64,000 bases of DNA from assembly GCA_903825395.1 (NCBI GenBank), contig CAIKAF010000021.1, forward strand, positions 25,927 through 89,926. The letters are read 5' to 3'. Positions 59,023 to 64,000 of this stretch are shown piece by piece. Under the pieces are notes generated by a model. The model saw nothing but the letters and a program-made list of their open reading frames with translations. It had not been told where the DNA came from and made no database searches. A program made the translations under genes and the position numbers. Source of the stretch: an uncultured Flavobacteriales bacterium (lineage in GTDB: Bacteria > Bacteroidota > Bacteroidia > CAIKAF01). Positions within the stretch are counted from its first letter, which is position 1; each line of letters begins with the position of its first letter.

Positions 59023-60408
59023 ATGGCAAATCAATCCCTTCCCCTCAGCCCTCCCAAGGGCATGCGCGATTTTGGTTCAGAAGAAATGCGGAAAAGGCAA
59101 TTTATTTTTGACCGCTTACGCTCCGTATTTTTGACCTTTGGATATGAAGGCATAGAAACACCCAGCATGGAGCGTTTGGATGTACTCACCGGCAAATATG
59201 GGCAAGAAGGCGACCGGTTGATATTCAAAGTGTTGAATAGTGGGGATTTTATGAAGCCAGTAGCAGAAAATCAGGGTTCCGGTTTAGAAAGCAAGCAAAT
59301 TGTCGGACTGATTTCCGAAAAAGCCCTCAGGTATGATTTAACCATTCCCTTTGCCCGATTTGTTTCGGCGAACCGTGGAACCTTGAGTTTTCCATTTAAG
59401 CGGCATCAAATTCAACCCGTTTGGAGGGCTGATCAACCTCAAAAAGGCAGGTATAGAGAATTTTATCAATGCGATGTTGATGTAGTTGGAAGTACATCGT
59501 TGTGGCAAGAGGTAGAATTAATCCGGGTATTTGCAGAGGGCTTTGAATCCTTGGGAATTCAAGGGGCTGAAATACATATAAACCACCGGAGCCTCTTGAT
59601 GGGTTTGGCTGAATTTTTAGGATTTGCAGAGCGTGCCGGGGCCATTATAGGGATTTTAGATAAAAGCGATAAAATCAGTCCCGAACAACTCGTCGAATTG
59701 CTGCGCAAAGAGGGCTTTACTGCGGAACACTTAGAAAAAATCGAGCCGATATTAAATTGGAGCAAAGGTGGGCTTCCTGAGCACCTCAGCGGTTCGATGT
59801 TGGAACAAACCCAGGTGGCCCATGGGCTTCGGGAATTAAGCTGGGTGATGGAAAAGTGTTTGAATTTGGGAGCCTTGCCGGGGGGAGCAAAACTTCTATT
59901 CAATCCAAAATTGGCCCGCGGTCTTGACTATTATACCGGTTGCATTTTTGAGGTTGTCATTCCGGGTAGTGGATTGGGAAGTATTGGCGGCGGAGGTCGG
60001 TACGACAACCTAACAGACATGTTTGGCGTTCCGAATCTTTCGGGTGTTGGAATTTCATTTGGAGCGGAGCGGATTTACGATTTTTTGCAGCAAACCAATT
60101 TATGGCCGGATGAGATCAAATCTGGCCTAGACTATTTCTTCTTGAACTTTGATGATTCAGGGGCAGAGATTGCCATGCAATTCATGGCTAAATTGCGTTC
60201 TGCCGGGGCACGTTGCGATATGTATCCTGAGGCCTCAAAAATTCAAAAGCAAATGAAATATGCCCATCAGCGACAAGCCAACTATGTGGTGTACATTGGT
60301 GAACGGGAAATTGAAAATCAGGAAGTGGGATTAAAAAATATGGAAAGTGGGCAGCAGATTAATCTACCATGGGACCAGTTACTTACACATTACACCAACC
60401 ATCCATGA
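59023..60408 (+). CDS. hisS: Histidine--tRNA ligase
   Basis: PKGMRDF, LRYDLT, GRYREFYQCD, RGLDYYTG and GGGRYD. Confidence 0.97.
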   Translation: MANQSLPLSPPKGMRDFGSEEMRKRQFIFDRLRSVFLTFGYEGIETPSMERLDVLTGKYGQEGDRLIFKVLNSGDFMKPVAENQGSGLESKQIVGLISEKALRYDLTIPFARFVSANRGTLSFPFKRHQIQPVWRADQPQKGRYREFYQCDVDVVGSTSLWQEVELIRVFAEGFESLGIQGAEIHINHRSLLMGLAEFLGFAERAGAIIGILDKSDKISPEQLVELLRKEGFTAEHLEKIEPILNWSKGGLPEHLSGSMLEQTQVAHGLRELSWVMEKCLNLGALPGGAKLLFNPKLARGLDYYTGCIFEVVIPGSGLGSIGGGGRYDNLTDMFGVPNLSGVGISFGAERIYDFLQQTNLWPDEIKSGLDYFFLNFDDSGAEIAMQFMAKLRSAGARCDMYPEASKIQKQMKYAHQRQANYVVYIGEREIENQEVGLKNMESGQQINLPWDQLLTHYTNHP

Positions 60409-61904
60409 ACCCGTTAGAACTGAATTGCGAGCCCTTATCGCTGCACCACTTGTTCCTGCTGGGAAAAAGCGAAACACGCCTACATTTAGGTGAGGAATTT
60501 AAACGGCGGGTGAAGGCATCGAGGGCAACCCTTGAAAAGGCAATTGGGGAAAAGGGTGGCACCTATTACGGAATAAACACCGGATTTGGCGCCCTTTATA
60601 CCACACGAATTCCAGCTGAAGACAGCTCTAGGCTACAGGAAAATCTGGTTAAATCTCATGCTTGTGGGGTTGGAAAACCGGTATCAGAAAGTGTTGTTAG
60701 AACCATGCTTGGTTTAAAAATCCTTTCATTCGGGTGGGGGCATAGCGGAATTCGTTTGGAAGTCGTTCAGCGGTTACTGGATTTTTATCGTTTGGACATA
60801 CTTCCAGAAATTCCTGAAAGTGGTTCATTGGGGGCGAGTGGAGATCTAGCTCCCCTAGCCCATTTGGCGCTGCCCTTGCTTGGCTTGGGATATTTCCATC
60901 ACAACGGGAATAGATATCCAAGCTCTTTCATTGAAGAAAAATTTGGGTTAAAACCACTTACTCTGGTTGAAAAAGAAGGCTTGGCCTTATTGAATGGGAC
61001 TCAATACATGTTGGCTCAAGGTATTGTTGCTTTAGAAGAAGGTTTTAAAGCTTGGAATTGGGCTCAGATCAATGCAGCCAGCAGCTTGGATGCCTATTCC
61101 GGCAACTTGGATGCATTTCGGCCAGCCATTCATGCAGTTCGCCCACATCCGGGTCAGATTGCCTCGGCTCAGCACATTTTGGATATCCTATCGGATTCCG
61201 AATTGCAAAGCAAAGGAGAAAAATTTCTTCAAGATCCGTATTCGTTTCGCTGTGTACCACAGGTGCATGGAGCTATTTTAGACAGTTTAAACTTTGTTGC
61301 TCGCACCCTAGAAATTGAGGCTCAATCTACCACAGACAATCCCCTGATTTTTAGCGAAAGTGGTGAAATCCTTTCTGGCGGTAATTTTCATGGGGAGCCA
61401 CTGGCTTTAGCCATGGATTATTTTAAAATTGCCATGGCAGAATTGGGCAGCATTTCAGAACGAAGGATTTATAAATTGATTCATGGGGAGCGAAATTTGC
61501 CCGCCTTTTTGAGTCCCAATCCGGGATTAAATTCCGGCTTTATGATTCTGCAATACAGTGCCGCGGCGTTGGTAAGTCAATGCAAGCAAGGGGCAAGTCC
61601 GGCTTCTGTTGATACCATTGACTCTAGCCGTGGTCAAGAGGATCATGTCAGTATGGGAGCCAATGCGGCGCTTCAAGCCCAAGAGCAAATTCAGCGGGTT
61701 TGGACCATTCTTGGCATGGAGTGGTTTGCGGCATGCCAAGCCTTGGATTTTCATTTGCCTGCCATCAGCTCAAGCCAAATTGAGGCCTTGCGGACCAAAT
61801 TTCGATTGGAGGTTCCATTTTTAGAGCAGGACGCCGAAATGTATCCTTACATTCAAGCCTCCGTGAATTACATTCGAAACCATGCCCATGCTGAAGTGGG
61901 TTAA
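60405..61904 (+). CDS. hutH: Histidine ammonia-lyase
   Basis: YGINTGFG, MIO motif GASGD, NGTQ, QDPYSFRC and QEDHVSMG. Confidence 0.93.
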   Translation: MNPLELNCEPLSLHHLFLLGKSETRLHLGEEFKRRVKASRATLEKAIGEKGGTYYGINTGFGALYTTRIPAEDSSRLQENLVKSHACGVGKPVSESVVRTMLGLKILSFGWGHSGIRLEVVQRLLDFYRLDILPEIPESGSLGASGDLAPLAHLALPLLGLGYFHHNGNRYPSSFIEEKFGLKPLTLVEKEGLALLNGTQYMLAQGIVALEEGFKAWNWAQINAASSLDAYSGNLDAFRPAIHAVRPHPGQIASAQHILDILSDSELQSKGEKFLQDPYSFRCVPQVHGAILDSLNFVARTLEIEAQSTTDNPLIFSESGEILSGGNFHGEPLALAMDYFKIAMAELGSISERRIYKLIHGERNLPAFLSPNPGLNSGFMILQYSAAALVSQCKQGASPASVDTIDSSRGQEDHVSMGANAALQAQEQIQRVWTILGMEWFAACQALDFHLPAISSSQIEALRTKFRLEVPFLEQDAEMYPYIQASVNYIRNHAHAEVG

Positions 61905-62517
61905 ACTACTATTGGGGTTGGTTTTCGGATGGCAAGGCCTTGGGCTGCATGCCTGCGATTGTGGTGGAGTCTTGGCCGATTGGAAAGCCGAATCTGTTCA
62001 AAACAGCTTTGCAGTAGCCCGAATTCGCATTGATTCCATGGTAACCGGAGAAAAAACACAATGCATGGTTTGGGGTTCTGGGTTGGAATTGTTTTGGGGT
62101 GATTTGCCTTCCGTGATGCCTATTGAATACGACTGCCAAAGTTCATGTGCCATGGCATTTTTACCTGGGGAGGAATGGCTGGTATATTTGGAACAGAACC
62201 CCAATAAAAGCCTTCGGATTCATTTTTGCAGTCGGAGCCGAAAGCGGCCTGGCAAGGGCCAACGGGATGAAGGAGTATTGGCCTCACGTATAGGCTATGA
62301 AGAGGAATTGATTAAAATAAAATCAACATTCCCCGTTCGGAAATTTATGGAGCCAAATGAATGGCAGCGGTTTATACAGGGTGAAGTTCGAACCCTAAAT
62401 GAGCGTAGAGTTATGCCCTATCCAGACCGGAAAGAAGCAGCCCTATTATTGGCTGTTTCAGTTGCCGCCTTCTTTTTTATTGAGTGGTTATTAAAGCGTT
62501 TCGTTTTCAGGAAATGA
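61888..62517 (+). CDS. Hypothetical TIMP/NTR-like secreted protein with a C-terminal TM anchor
   Basis: Signal peptide followed by CDC, 'SSC...F..GEEWLVY' and 'CSRS'. Confidence 0.55.
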   Translation: MLKWVKLLLGLVFGWQGLGLHACDCGGVLADWKAESVQNSFAVARIRIDSMVTGEKTQCMVWGSGLELFWGDLPSVMPIEYDCQSSCAMAFLPGEEWLVYLEQNPNKSLRIHFCSRSRKRPGKGQRDEGVLASRIGYEEELIKIKSTFPVRKFMEPNEWQRFIQGEVRTLNERRVMPYPDRKEAALLLAVSVAAFFFIEWLLKRFVFRK

Positions 62518-63183
62518 AAGCGTTTTAAATTGTGCCAAACGGGTAATACCGCCGGTAACAACATCTCCAATTTCTACTCGAAATTCAGTATCAAGGGGAA
62601 GATACAAATCTACGCGTGAACCAAACTTAATGAATCCCATTTCCTCGTTTTGGGGTACTCGGACGCCCTGAACAGCATAGCAACAGATTTTTCGGGCCAG
62701 GACTCCTGCCACTTGGCGTACGAGCAATTTTTGACCGCTGTGGGTTGAGATACCGATTGAAGAGCGTTCATTTTCGGTGCTGCTTTTGGGGTGCCATGCA
62801 ACCAAGTACTTTCCCGGGTGGTATTGATAATAATCGACCTCTCCGTCTATCGGATACCAATTGATATGTACATTCAAAGGACTCATAAAAACAGACAACT
62901 GCCAACATTCCTCCTTCATGTATTCGGGTTCAAACACCTTTTCAAGCACCACCACCTTACCATCGCAAGGGCTCAATACAAATTCAGGTTGTTTTTTCAT
63001 TTTCCGATCGGGAATACGAAAGAACTGAATGAGCATAAGCATCCAGGCTAATCCCAGAACAGTTGCCAGGAGGGATAATATGTGGGTTGGACCGAACTGG
63101 TACATCAGTCCGGAAATCAAACTTACCACCAACAGCAAGGAAACACCGATCCAGAGATTTCCTTCTTTGTGAATGCCGTTCAT
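62491..63183 (-). CDS. psd: Phosphatidylserine decarboxylase proenzyme
   Basis: FFRIP.R, SPCDG, FMSPLNVH, NER and the FGSRVD self-cleavage motif. Confidence 0.92.
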   Translation of the reverse strand: MNGIHKEGNLWIGVSLLLVVSLISGLMYQFGPTHILSLLATVLGLAWMLMLIQFFRIPDRKMKKQPEFVLSPCDGKVVVLEKVFEPEYMKEECWQLSVFMSPLNVHINWYPIDGEVDYYQYHPGKYLVAWHPKSSTENERSSIGISTHSGQKLLVRQVAGVLARKICCYAVQGVRVPQNEEMGFIKFGSRVDLYLPLDTEFRVEIGDVVTGGITRLAQFKTLSFPENETL

Positions 63184-63986
63184 ACGAGTAGGTTAAGTAT
63201 ATAAATGTAGGTTAATGGAACCGCAAAGATAAAGGAATCAAAGCGATCTAAGGCCCCCCCGTGGCCCGGCATGATTTTTCCACTGTCTTTGACGCCTGCC
63301 TTGCGTTTCAAATGGCTTTCAAAAAAATCTCCGGCAACGGCCAAAGGAACATAAATAATAGCGAAACCCATCCAGGGAATTGGATTGGTATCCAGCCAAA
63401 ATTTTGCGAGAAGATAAACAAGCAAGGTAGAGCCAATTAAGCCGGCCACAAAACCTTCTACTGATTTGGAGGGAGAAATGCTGGGGGCGATTTTCGTTTT
63501 ACCCCAAAAGCTACCGGCCAGATAAGCCAGTGTATCGTTTATCCAAGTAAGGAAAAACAGAATCAGCATTATTTTAACAGGAAAGGGGTCATGCCAGCCC
63601 AGGCGGGCCATTATCCAGAATGGCAATTGAACCAAAATACCCAAACCCAGCCAGAGGGCTGAGGCTTTGGTTTTTTCAAATCGCCACAAAAGAAGCAGCG
63701 CGATAAAAACAGCCAAAAGGCTTCCTGCTTCTATTAGGGGAAGACCGTTGCCGAATAACATAAGGATAGGTAGGATTCCAAAAATCGGGCTAACCCAGAC
63801 ATTTGGAGAGGAGTTCATTCCTTTTTTCACCAATCCAAACGCTTCTTGGGCCACTAAAATGGAAAACACCGCCATTCCAATTTGGAAAAAGGGAGCTTTC
63901 AGAAAAATCAGGGCTAAAACCAAGGCCACATAAACAAGGCCCGAAGCCGAGCGAACGAGGACCTCCTTTCTGGACTTGGCAGACAT
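63180..63986 (-). CDS. cdsA: Phosphatidate cytidylyltransferase
   Basis: NDTLAY..G, ISPSKSVEG and GDFFES..KR..GVKDSG..PGHGG.LDRFD. Confidence 0.95.
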   Translation of the reverse strand: MSAKSRKEVLVRSASGLVYVALVLALIFLKAPFFQIGMAVFSILVAQEAFGLVKKGMNSSPNVWVSPIFGILPILMLFGNGLPLIEAGSLLAVFIALLLLWRFEKTKASALWLGLGILVQLPFWIMARLGWHDPFPVKIMLILFFLTWINDTLAYLAGSFWGKTKIAPSISPSKSVEGFVAGLIGSTLLVYLLAKFWLDTNPIPWMGFAIIYVPLAVAGDFFESHLKRKAGVKDSGKIMPGHGGALDRFDSFIFAVPLTYIYILNLLV

Positions 63987-64000
63987 TGGCCTTTACTCAG

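Overview
A 64 kb chromosomal window from a Bacteroidota bacterium. The assignment rests on repeated TAnnTTTG (-7) promoters, TonB-dependent receptors and the bamD-rpoZ-coaBC-DUF4835-recN-fabI cluster. Most genes are housekeeping: uvrA, uvrB, lpdA, yidC, gyrA, clpC, trxA, hisS, hutH, psd, cdsA, tRNA-Asp and tRNA-Cys. There is also a small polysaccharide-export block (asnB-GT4-wza-wzc-rfbC-wecA-like). The unusual signals are non-coding. (1) Seven copies of a ~141-144 nt hairpin element share a basal internal loop, an apical loop and a 48-50 nt 5' arm length, while the arm sequences differ between copies yet stay self-complementary. No transposase is present in the window. (2) A candidate ~330 nt structured sRNA on the minus strand (about 1025-1352) has its own promoter, GNRA-capped hairpins and 15 GGA motifs, and lies next to a G-quadruplex-like tract. 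(3) A dif-like XerCD site sits at 29895-29922. (4) A MITE-like insertion lies at a terminator, with 12-bp terminal inverted repeats and a ~24-bp imperfect flanking duplication. Protein oddities include a 16-Tyr (GY)n tail on Wzc, a Gly/Met/Asn insert in Wza, an EXPERA/TMEM97-like membrane protein and a probable sulfonolipid cysteate acyltransferase. Family assignments are by motif recognition only; no searches or folding programs were run.
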